From assembly GCF_021028975.2 (NCBI RefSeq), contig NC_059434.1, positions 74,834,001 to 74,898,000 of the forward strand: DNA of 64,000 nt, written 5' to 3'. The notes beneath the pieces were generated by a model. The model searched no databases and was not told the origin of the DNA. It saw only the letters and a program-made list of their open reading frames with translations. This DNA is from Sphaerodactylus townsendi (taxonomy: Eukaryota). Position numbers and translations under genes: made by a program. Shown here piece by piece: positions 1-12,290 of this stretch. Position 1 is the stretch's first letter. Every line of letters starts with the position of its first letter.

Positions 1-131
1 GGGGATTTAACCGGGGAGGTCGTCCCTCAAACCTGGTTAGTTTGTGTTCTGAAACCTGGCTAAGACGGTAGTGGGGATTCAACCGGGGAGGTCGTCCCTC
101 AAACCTGGTTAGTTTGTGTTCTGAAACATGG
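1..131. repeat. 72-bp tandem repeat (~2 copies, cut by the window edge)
   Basis: GGGGATT(T/C)AACCGGGGAGGTCGTCCCTCAAACCTGG at 1 and 73. Confidence 0.9.
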
Positions 132-2146
132 ATAGCATGATCCCCACCCCCACGAGGGAACAACGGAGTTAGAAGCGTCCAGCCTGGAGGCTCTTCCCAG
201 CTGCAAACCTCAAGGACAGAACTAGGAGATAATTAAGCACCTGCGACAGTGAAAGCGCTCCCAAAGAATTCCCCCTGCCCAAACATGGCAACTTGATACT
301 AAGCAGAGTTGGTACTTGGATGGGAGACCACTAAGGAAAGCTCTGCAGAGGAAAGCAGTGGCAAACCACCTCTGCTTCTCATTTGCCATGAAAGCCCCTT
401 GCTGGGGTCACCATAAGTCAGTTGTCAATTGATGGTCTTATGTACCTAAGAGCAACGTCCAATATCAATCTAACGCAATTAGAGATGCACATTCTCCAAG
501 ACGTCATATGGACTAGATGTGCTTCTCCCATCCCAAACCTACACCAAAAAAACCTCTATTTCTGAATTCAGAATAAACCTTACCAACACGCCCATGTGTG
601 ACTATCCTGTAAAATGTATTTCACTTCCAAATACCAAGGTTTGTTAAACAAAACAAAACAAAACAAAACAAGGTATTGTAAGTTTTTGGAAAGGACAGGA
701 AAGATCAAGTTGGAGCTACTCAGCCTACTGGGGCACCATTGCTAATTTCAGAGGCAAATAAATTGATTCAGCAAGCCGGAGGAGAGATGAGCAATAAGGC
801 TCAAAAGCAGGAGTCCAACCATCGAAAATATTAAAATTGTACAAGGAACCTTTTTTAAACCCTCTTATTCAGTTCCTTTTGCTACGCCTCATAACAACCA
901 GAAATATCCTTCAAAAATAATTAAATGGGGTCTGAAACAGAGGCAGATGTCTTCTGTTCTGAATGGTGCTACTATTGGTCAGATGAGATCACATGACAAC
1001 TTAATCACATGGGCAGTTCTGAATATAGCGCTGCCTAGTGAGTCATGGAATTGATGGTCTTCTTGAATGATTTGTACAAGGTGGGTGGCACAGAAAATGT
1101 TACAAGCATAGAATCATAGAGTTGGAAGAAAGTGTTACAAACATTGAATTGAGGGCCAACAAGTCCAACCCCCTGCTCAGGGTGACAAACTCACACAAAG
1201 CAGCCAGGTTAACAAAGGGAATTCTCATGCTGAGTTTCCCAGCGTCTAGCAAGTTTGGGCTGCACAAGAGACAGGCCATTTGCACATATAATTTAACCCC
1301 AACACAAAAACGTGTATTGTGTCAGGCTTAGCCTACACTTTGTTTCAAAACAAGCGTGTTTGACTTCTGCACCTTGACGGCTGCAACCCAAAAACTTCAA
1401 TATAAAGACAGAAGTGGATTTCTAGCAGTGAGCTTTCCAGGCCTTGCCAGGATTCATTAATAACCCTGCCAGTTAACTAATTAGAAGCACAAACAGACTT
1501 TTAACAGAAAGTCATATTAGGAGGATGTTGTGGTTTTTCCGGGTTGTATGGCTGTGGTCCAGTAGCATTTTCTCCTGACGTTTCACCTGCATCTGTGGTT
1601 GATGCCAACCACATATGCAGGCAAAACGTCAGAAGAAAATACTTCTAGACCACGGCCATACAACCTGGAAAAACCACAACATCCTAGTGATTCTGGCTGT
1701 GAAAGCCTTCGCAATACAGTCATATTCGATTTCCTTGGAAAACCAAAATGCACAACACTACAAAACGTAGTAAGAAAATTACCCAGCATTTGATGAAGCA
1801 AACCAGGATTTGAATGAATTTCTGAGAGCCATTTCCTGGTTTGACAAACTTATCACAGTTAAAACAAACAATACAGGTATGTGATGTCTCTACGAGAGAG
1901 ATAACCAGATCCTTGAAACATCCTTTCTTAACAGCTGTCAAGACCAAAACAGGAAGAACTGAGTTGCTTTCAGCCCAGCCCTAAGCAAGCTTGTTCATAA
2001 AGCCCATTTATTTCAAAGGAATGTAGGATAGAAGCACAGTATGCTACCCAAAACACGCTGCACGGTCTACCCCATGCCCCAGTGCTCACCCAAATGTCCC
2101 AATATTATTGTGTGCATATTCCCCTCCTGCCAGCAGCAGCCATTGA

Positions 2147-2407
2147 CAGCTTTAAAAAGGGCTTGGACAGATTTATGGAGGAGAAGTCGATCTATGGCTA
2201 CCAATCTTGATCCTCTTTGATCTGAGATTGCAAATGCCTTTGCAGACCAGGTGCTCGGGAGCAGCAGCAGCAGCAGGCCATTGCTTTCACATCCTGCACG
2301 TGAGCTCCCAAAGGCACCTGGTGGGCCACTGCGAGTAGCAGAGTGCTGGACTAGATGGACTCTGGTCTGATCCAGCAGGCTAGTTCTTATGTTCTTATGT
2401 TCTTATG
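2147..2407 (+). mobile_element. CR1 LINE 3'UTR fragment
   Basis: Near-identical to 18558-18807; (TTCTTATG)x3 tail. Confidence 0.88.
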
Positions 2408-3776
2408 ACAAGGAGCAAGAATAGGGAAGCTGTACCACACCTGACCCTGGAAGGGGCCTTAGTTGCACCCAGCAGGTTCCAAACAACCTTTACTTCTCGG
2501 TGGCAAAAAGTTTGGAAGAAAACACATCTCAATCTCCTTCATTGCCTTGCTTTTGCCACAACCCGTCACATCTATTCAGTGGTCCTCACCATGTGGCTCA
2601 CAGAGAGTCACACTTGCAACCATCCTCAACCAAACAAGCCACATGATTGCTGAACGCCCTATGCCCCACCCCAACAAACAATAATATTAAATGGGCAATG
2701 ATAACCAGATAGCTTTTTCATTCCACCTATTTATTTGTGGCATGCGTTTTACTTCTGGATACACTGTTGGAGGTGCAAAGAAAATCCCCCAAATTAGAAT
2801 AAGTGCCAGAAGCGGCATGGGAAAGAGTCACAACAAGCTGTCTGCACAGAGCAAGCATGACTGTGCTAGGTGATTGCTTTTAATTGCATCTAATCAACTG
2901 CACAAAACAGAGCAATATACTGTGAACTTCCTGGTCAGGTCAGCTAAGGAATGGAAGAGATGGAAAGGCAGGGGAGAATAGCAGGAAGTAGGAGTGTGCC
3001 TGTCAAAAGAATAGTCTGAAGAATCCTGACAGAATGTTTGGGATATGTAGATGGGTGCCTACCGCATCTGTGAAGCTCCCTTCATTACATCAGGGATGGA
3101 GACGAATGAACATCCAGTCCCGTAGCAGAAGGCAGCTCCCAATCTGGTGGAAAAGGAAGAGACAGGTGAATTCTAACCTGGGGTGCCAGGTATGTCTGTC
3201 CAAGGTAGCAGGGCCATTATGGGGTAACAACATAGTAAGCAACAAACAGCAGGTTAAGGTAAACAGGGTGAGCAATCACTGCAATCAAATTATGCCCAAG
3301 GAGAAAAACCACACCAACCAAACGTAGCTCTGTTGCAGCGACCATTAAGTACACCTCTGTTGCCAAAACTAGGACTAATCAGCTGCAACCCTATGTACAT
3401 TCCCTCTGCTGAAGTCAATGGGATTTATTTTCTAGCATATACGCTTAGGCTTCAAGCATTCCCCTATGCACGATTACATAATCGCTTAATGGTTCTACTT
3501 TTTCCCCGTGAAGATTTTATATTTTACAAACTGACAGTGTGAAGTACGTGGACGATTCCCTATACACAATGCGCGCAATGCTGTTCCAATTGATGCTACG
3601 GCTGGGGCATCAATAAATTATTTAGTAATGGGGCTTTCTGAGAATGCTGCTCTTATCTTTGGCACGAAGCATTCGTACATAAGCAACGTGCAACGGAGGA
3701 GGGGGATTAATAGAGGAATTTTTTCCTGAAATTTCATTCTAACAGCCAGAACAAGGCCACAGTTTGGTGAGACATA

Positions 3777-3905
3777 GGCCCCTTCCACACATGCAGAATA
3801 ATGCACTTTCAATCCACTTTGCAGCTGTGTGGAATTGCAATTCCACTTGGAAACATTTGTGAAAGTAGACTGAAAGTGCATTATTCTGCATGTGCAGAAG
3901 GGGCC
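3777..3905. mobile_element. Palindromic ~130-150 bp MITE family (PIF/Harbinger-like); copies near 4968, 5305, 5568, 8872, 10103, 14661, 20006, 35481, 50735, 60914
   Basis: GGCCCCTTCC(A/G)CACATGCAGAATAATGCACTTTCAA...inverted end; 3-bp TCA duplication around the 60914-61064 copy. Confidence 0.8.
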
Positions 3906-4502
3906 TTAGTTATGGTAGAGCGAACGATTTGCTTGTAGAAGGGTCCCAGGCTCACAATCACTGATACTGCAGCTAAAGACTCTCAGGCAGCAGGTAATAA
4001 GAAAGGATTTCAGTTGTTTTTGTTTGCCTTCTAAAAAGTTCTAATAAAATCACACCAAAATGAGAAAGGATGATTTCTCTGCCTAAGACCACAGAGAACT
4101 GATGCTATCTAGTCAAGACAATCCTGCATGCAGTGTGGTGGTTAGAGTTTCAGACCAGGCTCAAATTCCTATTCTTCCCTGGAAGGTTGCTGGGTGACCT
4201 TGGGCAGGACACACACTCTTACCCTAATCTACCTCACAGGGCTGTCGTGATGATAAAATGAATGAGAACAGAACAATGTAAGTTGGTTTGGGTCTTCACT
4301 GTGAAGGAAGATGGGAAATAAACCTAAACAGTGCAAAATACAAACACAGTAAGCCTCCACCTGAAACAACTAGTCAAAACAACTAGTCAAAACTTCAAGA
4401 ATAAAAGAACAGGGGAGGAGGGAGTCAATTCAAATGTAGGCATAAGACAAAATAAAAATCTTGTGGACCGTGTTGTATAATGGTTGGAGTGTTGAACTAG
4501 AC

Positions 4503-4908
4503 CAGTGATCGCTAACCTTTTCGAGACCGAGTGCCCAAATTGCAACCCAAAACCCACTTATTTATCGCAAAGTGCCAACACAGCAATTTAACCTGAATAC
4601 TGAGGTTTTAGTTTAGAAAATATGGTTGGCTCCAAGGTGCGCGTTACTTGGGAGTAAGCTTGATGAAGCAACCGTGCAACGCTTCAAATGGGTGAATCAC
4701 AACCCTAGGAGGGTTTACTCAGAAGCAAGGCCCATTGCCAGCAACCGAGCTTACTCCCAGGTAAAGGATCGTGCCCAGGCTAGCCTAAATATGTGTGTGG
4801 GGGGGTGATTTTCCGCCCCCCCCACATGATGAACTCTGTGCACGTGTGCCCACAGAAAGGGCTCTGAGTGCCACCTCCGGCACCCGTGCCATAGGTTCGC
4901 CATCACTG
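4503..4908 (-). mobile_element. Non-autonomous hAT element (TIR CAGTGATGGCGAACC); other copies 50134-50592, 51159-51636
   Basis: 8-bp TSDs AACTAGAC, TACTAGGA and CTGTAGAG. Confidence 0.88.
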
Positions 4909-7900
4909 AACTAGACTCTGGGAGACTGCATGAAAATCCCCTTTCTTTGATGAATTTCCTTTGGTGGCAGAATAATGCATTTTCAATCCACTTTCAATGT
5001 ACTTTGCAGCTGGAGTTTACTGTGCAGAACAGTAATTGTTCAATTGCAAGCAACTGTGAAAGTGAATTGAAAGTGCATTATTCTGCATGTAAGGAAGGGG
5101 CCCAAATCTCTCAACCTCAAAAATGTACTACACAGAAAGGGCTTAAAGACTAACATTTTTTTTATCCCAGACCATAAGCATTTGTAAACTAGAATCTACA
5201 TTCTTCAGATATACTCAACAGATCCACACTAAACTGTCACTTTCGTAGAACTCAGGAGGGGGAGGAATCAAGATCAAGAGGCCTTGAAACACAAGAAACA
5301 GAGGCACACGCAAAATAATGCGTTTTCAAACCACTTTCACAACTGTTTGCAAGTGGATTTTGCCATTCCGCACAGCTTCAAAGAGCACTGAAAGCAGTTT
5401 GAAAGTGCATTATTTTGCATGTGCGGAATGAGCCAGAGTGAAATACCACCCAGTAAAATTCTAATCTAATCAAGAAAACCAGAGATTATTCACTAGTGCA
5501 TACCAAATTCACATTAGGATGTAAAACCCATTGAATTTAGGGCTTTACTTTGAGGAAACATGCATAGGGCCCCTTCTGCACACGCAAAATAATGCGTTTT
5601 CAAACCACTTTCACAACTGTTTGAAAGTGGATTTTGCCATTCCGCACAGCTTCAAAGAGCACTGAAAGCAGTTTGAAAGTGCATTATTCTGCAAGTGCGG
5701 AATGAGCCTAGGATTGCAGCATATATATATTTTTAGGCAGGGAAAAAGGGCTTTGCAGAAAAGCAGGCCTGGTGGAAGGATTTCAAGAGAGAGAATGGAA
5801 ACAGAAAGGATACTGTGGGCAAGCAATTCAGGAGTACGAGAGCAAGAAAAATGTACCATATTTCCTTAAAAAGAAAATGACCCCTAACTATGGCTGATTC
5901 CGCATGGGCCAAAAACAGCAGTGTGGAAATGGTGTGAAAATGGTGTAAAAGGGTTCAAAACGGTGTAAAAGGGTTTAAAACTGTTTTCACACCGTTTTCA
6001 CACTGCTGTTTTTGGCCCGTGCGGAATCAGCCTAAGTGATGGTCAGAATTTTATGACTGTACGTTTACTTTGTATGGGAATGCACGATGACCTCATCTTT
6101 TTCAGGAAGGGGGGAGTCTTCCATATGTAAATACAAATAACAGAAAAAAGAACCAAAAAATTATCGCATATGAGAACATTGCAGGCAAAGCCTCGGAGTC
6201 TTAAAGCAGCCATATGTTAGTAATGTCAACATCCGCTGGGGCATGGAGACCTCTCCTGGAATACAGCTGATCTCCAATATCCCAGCCATACCAGGCCATA
6301 TAGCTGAACAATACATCTCCCCCTCTTACAAAATCCAAGGCAGCACAGAGCTTACGCTCTCGCTCGCTTTAACGTTAGACCATCTGCCCTACTCTGTGCC
6401 CTACTCCCGACAGTACTATAAGCAGAAAGAGTCTGCCCTTGTGATCCAGGAACTACTGAATCAGTACAACATATCTTATTTTTCTGCTCATTCTACGCTG
6501 ATATTCGGGCCAAGTTCTTAACCCCTATTCTTGCACTGAGAACCAACTCTTCTGTTGCCGCTTTGCCGTTCTTTGCATTAAATAGCCCTTCTGCAGATTT
6601 GTGCGAGAGGGTACTGAAAAAATCTATAACACGTATATTTTTCTAATTCTGTTTTCTGTTCTGTTTTACATTACTTGTTAGTGCTAACCATCCTGTCTCC
6701 TTGTAATGATTATGCTGGATTAACTTTTGATGCCAATAAAGGCCTGCGTGTGTATGTAACTGATCTCCAAAGGACAGAGATTCGCTCCCCTGCAGAAAAG
6801 GGCATTATAACCGGCTGAGCCTTCTCCCTTCCCCCAACCCCTCCCTTCCCACGCTACACCCTCCAAGTCTCCAATAATTTTCCAGCTCAGGATTGCAACC
6901 CTACGTTAGAGCGACAGATCCCACACCCCTTCTGGTCCAGCAGCAGTAGGGCCCAGGGGAAAGGTCAGAAGTAATGCTCGCACATCCATGCACACGCCAG
7001 CAATGGCACGTACACCCACACGCTCCAATGCCAGCCCTGGACAGCGGCATGTGCAGTCAGACACGTGGCTCTGCACCCGTCGGCTGATTTTTCTTCTTTT
7101 CCTTCCTTTCTTTTTTTTTCCCTTTTCAAGCCAGCTGGGAGGCCGCTGATCGCTTTAGATGCCTGAGCATCTCTCCCAGCCAGGCCAGGCCGAAGGATGG
7201 CACCTTTCAGAAGCCGGCAGGGAAGAAAAGGGGTCAAGATGCAGAAAACCACTGCAATATCTCTAGGGCTGCTTTCAAGCAGAAAATCCTGCCAGGATGG
7301 TAATTTTTGCTGCGTTTTCGCATCCTCCCAATATGCAGTTTGCAGGATGGAGAAAGGAGATGATGTGCTGAAAGGGCGTTTACAACCAAAAAGGTTACAG
7401 ATCCTGGGGGGAAACTGTGGGGGGAGGGGGTTAGCCTTCAGTACTTATAAGGACACACCGGTCATATTCGCTGGCTCTGACCATCGGAAACGGCTCTCCA
7501 GGCCCTTTTCAGACTGGCAGAAAATGTAAAGTAGATGTGGATTAATGCTGAAGCTTTTTGATGTAGGTTTTTTCTTCCACACCTCCTGTACATTCTATGG
7601 AGAGATCTGTGCACCTGATACCCTTTCAAAGTTATCTCCACACAAACCCTAAAAACTGTCCCTTCACCCCACAGGGACGTTCCTGAAATAGCCATTGCAC
7701 CAGCCAGCCTCTCCCTTCTGGGGAAGAGTCAGTTGCCTTCCCCCCCCTCCCCCCCAAGACAAGCCCAAGCTAAGGTCTGCAAAGTACCGAAGAAGCAAAA
7801 TCCCGTGGGGAAGGAAGGCGCTCAGCGGCTTTCCAAAATCCCTCGCCCACTGGGCCATTAAGCCAGATCATGGAGCTTAGATCTGACTTGCAAAAATGGT

Positions 7901-8399
7901 CCGGAAAGAGCAAAGGGATTCCAGGGTGGTGATACAGGGGCCGGCAATGGCAAACCCCCTCTCAAGCCTCTGGCCTGGAAACCCCTAAACCGGCTGACGC
8001 TTGACGGCACCAGCCCTATGCAACGACGTCCCCAAGCAGACGCAGATACACCCCCGTACAGCAATGCCTTGGCTGCCTCCCCCCACCCCCCATGCAAATG
8101 CAGAATGACAGCTGGCAACTGCAAGCAAATGCAAGCGTGTTTGCGCACCAGCACCCCGAAATAAAAGCTCTCCTGGCTGCTTGCAAGGAAAGGGAGACAT
8201 AACCGACCCCTTTTCCCTGCTAAATAGAAACAGTGCTCGTATTCCTCCCCCCTTCCCCCCTCCCCAAGTATCGAGAGCTGTCAGGCAGCGAAGCCTTAGC
8301 AGCAGAGTCGATACAGAAGCGGATCAATAATGCATGGGAAGATGCTCTGATCCGTCTTTTTAGTCTGCAGTCCTGGGCACGCACACAGCCAAGGAGAAC

Positions 8400-8800
8400 T
8401 CAAAGACGGCTTACTCGCGAGTAAAAACGCAGAGGCTCGGGCTTGCACAGCGCCTGCCCACTCACCCCCCACTCAGCAAAAGAGGCAGGTCCCCCCCCCC
8501 CCCATCGCCGGTGCTCTGGATCTAGGGCGGTCGCAGAAATCCTCACCTGTCCCAGCTACTGCTCCCCGGGTGTTCCAGATGTGGATGCACCTCTGGCCCG
8601 GGTTCCTGCAGCCGGCGGCACAATAACAAGGAAGTTTGTCTTCCCAGCCAGGCGGTGACCCCTATCTACGTGATTGACGGGAACTCCCTTCCAATGGGAA
8701 GGCAAAAAGGTTTTCCGGCTGCGCCAATTGTCGCCTTCCAGAGGGTGACATGCAGAAGGGGGTGGGGCTGCTTGGAGGAGGAGGAGGAGGAGGAGGAGGC
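8400..8800 (-). promoter_or_regulatory. CpG-rich promoter and non-coding first exon of the next minus-strand gene (HERC3 expected by synteny)
   Basis: CCAAT boxes, TTCCGG, palindrome TTACTCGCGAGTAA; minus-strand donors CAG|GTGAGG (8546) and GGG|GTGAGT (8465); no HERC3 coding exon seen in the window. Confidence 0.45.
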
Positions 8801-10675
8801 TGGTCTTTAACTGTTGACACGCCAAAGAGGTGCAAAATCATTGGTAACAAACAGTAAATGTGGGTTAAGAGTGTCCTTCCACACATGCAGAATAATGCAC
8901 TTTCAATCCACTTTCACAATTGTTTGCAAGTGGATTTTGCTATTCCACACAGTAAAATCCAGCTGCAGAGTGCTTTTAAAGTGGATTGACAGTGCATTAT
9001 TCTGCATGTGTGGAAGGGGCCACTTGGTGGTAGAGGAAAGCGTCACCAAGTCACAGGCCAGTGGCCACTTATGGTGGCCCCATAGGTTTTCAAAGCAATA
9101 GACATTCAGAGATGAGCTTGCCATTGACTGTCTCTATGGAGCAGCCCTGGGTTTCCTTGGTGAGCTTCCACCCAAATACCAACCAGAACTGGTCTTGCTT
9201 AGCAGCCCATCTCTGAGAAGATCTGGCTCACCTGGGCCATCCAGATTAGGGAATGTGCAAACTTTAGGATTACACAGAAATCACAACCAGGGCACAATTA
9301 ACAGTGCTTGCCTCTTACGTAATCTCCCATGAAAACTCAGTTTAACCAACTTGCTAGCAATGAATTCCTCGCATCTCTTTGGTGCCTTGACAATTGAAGA
9401 ACAGCCCTTTTCTCCCTACCAAGCAGAACTATTCCAAGCAATTTACTGCTGAATGATGAACAGGGCAAGACAGGGCCTGAATATGCCCGGCGCCAACCAG
9501 GTTGATAGATAAAAGCGGATGATGAACACATTGATGGTTTTATGAGTTGTTCTGCTGTAAACATTGCCGTGGCATGTTGTAGCAATTCATTTCCAGACGC
9601 GTGTAAAACGCTGATCGCCCTAAATCAACCAGCAGGCTCCAGTCCAGCCAAGCGTTTGGCAAGCAGTGCCAGAAACAGAAGCCGAATTCCTAGTGCTTGT
9701 AAACGAAATTACAGCGCCATCTTCATGGGAGCTCACATTCTGTTGTAAAATGGGCTTTCTGATGGAGTTATTTTGGATCAGCCCAGTTTGTGCTGAGTGC
9801 ACCGAATAAAACAATCTGACAAAGAGGTCAATGCAAAGATAAAACTTACATTTAATAAGTTAGCTTCAGTTCACATTCTTGGTTCAGGTGAAAGATAGAC
9901 AGAAAGCCCTCATCTCAAGAAACATACTTCCCTATACAAGAGGGCACCTAATGCGCCGTCATGTGCGTGCAAGGTATGAATTGCTTCTGTTGGAAGGACC
10001 CACAGTAGCAAGATGCCATCATGGCACATCCATGTGCTTAGAAATGAATGGCTACAGAGGGAGGAGGAGGAAGTTAGTTGCCAGTCCCCAGGCCCAGACA
10101 AAGGCCCTTTTGCACATGCAGACTAATGCACTTTCAATCCACTTTCACAATTGTTTGCAAGTGGATTTTGCTATTCCGCACAGTAAAATCCAGCTGCAAA
10201 GTGGATTGAAAGTGCATTAGTCTGCATGTGCAGAAGAGGCCAAAGAGAGAGCAATCCCCAAGAGATAACAATTTAGAAAGATGCAGCATCCCACAGTGTC
10301 CAGGCATGCAGAGTCGCTAATTCCAACACTTTCATCCACTTTTAATGTATTGCATAGGAACATTCCGAAGAGATGCACTGGTCACTGACTGGAATTCTTT
10401 GGAATAACTTTTGGGTCCTTTCGGAGGACAACTGTGTTGTCTGCAGTGGAAAAGTTAAAGTCACCTCAGAGACCAACAAGATTTGGGGGGGGGGGGGGAT
10501 AAACTTTTGATAGTCAAAGCTCCCTTTCTCAGATAGGTACTTGCAACATAAGATTAAGAAGCCAATTGCTTGCCCAGTGATTGAAGAAGATGTAGCTCGT
10601 TTTGTTCTGTATTTTTACTTTAACATTAGGATCCAACAGACAAGCAACTAGCTTCTTAAAATGCAAACATTCAGT

Positions 10676-10893
10676 AAGGTGACCAGATTGTCACCTTTTT
10701 AAACCAGGACGGGGGCACGTATGCTGCCGCACTGCCTTCTGGGGCGCTCCCCTGTTTCCCACCCTGTGACAGGGCGGGAAAAGGGGAGCGCCCCAGAAGG
10801 CAAAATCGGGACAGTTAAAAAAAAACCAGGAAGCGGGACATATTGGTTTAAGGCGGGACTGTCCCGCCAAAAGCAGGACGTCTGGTCACCTTA
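10676..10893. mobile_element. hAT-like MITE (TAAGGTGACCAGA TIR)
   Basis: Inverted termini; near-perfect 8-bp TSD (A/G)CATTCAG. Confidence 0.75.
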
Positions 10894-12094
10894 GCATTCA
10901 GTGATCATAACATCATGGGTGATGGTCACAAAATCAACTTTGAAAATTCAAAATCTACTGTGTTGTTATGATTTGTACATATGGATCCATGTTATTTTAT
11001 ACGGAACACTTTTGTATAACAGTAAAGTTTTCATTGCACATATTATATTTGTTATTCACTTAGTTGGTTTAGGGTCCTTTGGTTTGCTGATTTTGTTATG
11101 CAGGTTTCTTAAGAGGAAAACCTGCTTCTTTTTTTCTTTCCTGTAACCTTCAAAGTAAGTATTATGCAGACAGTTCCCTGTGTGTTTTCAACACTGAATA
11201 AGGCTTCCATAATATTGGTTTTAAAAGATAAATCAATAGGTCAGTTTGTTTGAAATAAGTTCAGTGGGACTTCTCAGATTTCCATTGCTCAACAGCCCTA
11301 ATTTACTGAAATTTAAAAAAATTGAAGATCAGTCTCTAGCTTGTATTTAAAAAAACACACCCAGAACTTAGCTTGACTCTAAGCATAGGCAAGGACTTAT
11401 TTCTTAATATGCTTTGAACTGCATTACACTCATATAATACTAATCCACAGAGAAGTTTTGGTGTGCATTTCTACCTAAGTATAGAGTTTACCATTACTTT
11501 GTTTCACACTACAAAGGTTTCCACTACAAAGGCTTAATAGCAAAACTCAAGACTTTCCCAAAGCAATTTAAGAAGAAAGGAGATGCAGGCTTTTCAATTG
11601 CTTGCAAAGAGGAAATTCATACATGGGAAGAGGGTGAGTTTTCACGACCTATAAAATTTCTCAAGTTTTATCTCTCTCGTGCCACTACATCGCACCAAAC
11701 TAGAAGGAAATAATCTTAACCTCTACATAGACCTGTAATCATTTAATCTCTCATAGGTTACTAGTGAAATCCCAGAAACGAACATCTTATTAGACACCCA
11801 TAGTGCATACACAAACTCAGTTGTTCAGTTGCATAGATAAATTCCTCAGTGATTGTATTTTTGAATAGGAAAGAAGAAGGTATATAAACTATGACTCTAG
11901 AGCAAAACATAGCAGAATTTGGAACTAAATATGACTCTTTTAGGATATATTTGAGGAGTGGGGTGCTAGAAAAACTAGGATGTGAAGGGAATGTCGGGAA
12001 ATTATTTTGATGGAATTAAACGGTTTCTTGGGGGTGCTGTATAGAAAGGGATATAATACAGGTGGGATGCTGATCGAATTGGACAGCCGAGGAT

Positions 12095-12290
12095 AGCCAG
12101 ATCTTGCCAGATCTCAAAAGCTAAGCAGAATAAACCCAGCTTAGTAGTTGGATGGAAGACCACCAAGGAAGTCCAGAGGTTGCTATGCAGAGGCAAGCAA
12201 TGTCAAAATGACCTCTGAATGTCACTTGCCTTGAAAACCCTGCAGGATCATCATAAATTATCTATGACATGATGGCACACTCCATCACCA
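12095..12290 (+). mobile_element. 5S-rRNA-derived SINE (degenerate); related copies ~300-430, 13130-13250(-), 54410-54640(-)
   Basis: GATCTCAAAAGCTAAGCAG...TTAGTAGTTGGATGGAAGACC resembles 5S internal boxes, followed by a non-5S tail. Confidence 0.65.

Noticed and set aside
3777-3905. Long hairpins resembling pre-miRNAs
   Set aside because: More than ten dispersed copies with TIR/TSD structure; these are MITEs.
12095-12180. 5S rRNA-like sequence
   Set aside because: Degenerate, dispersed and fused to a SINE tail; not an rRNA gene. The tRNA-like heads elsewhere are likewise SINEs.
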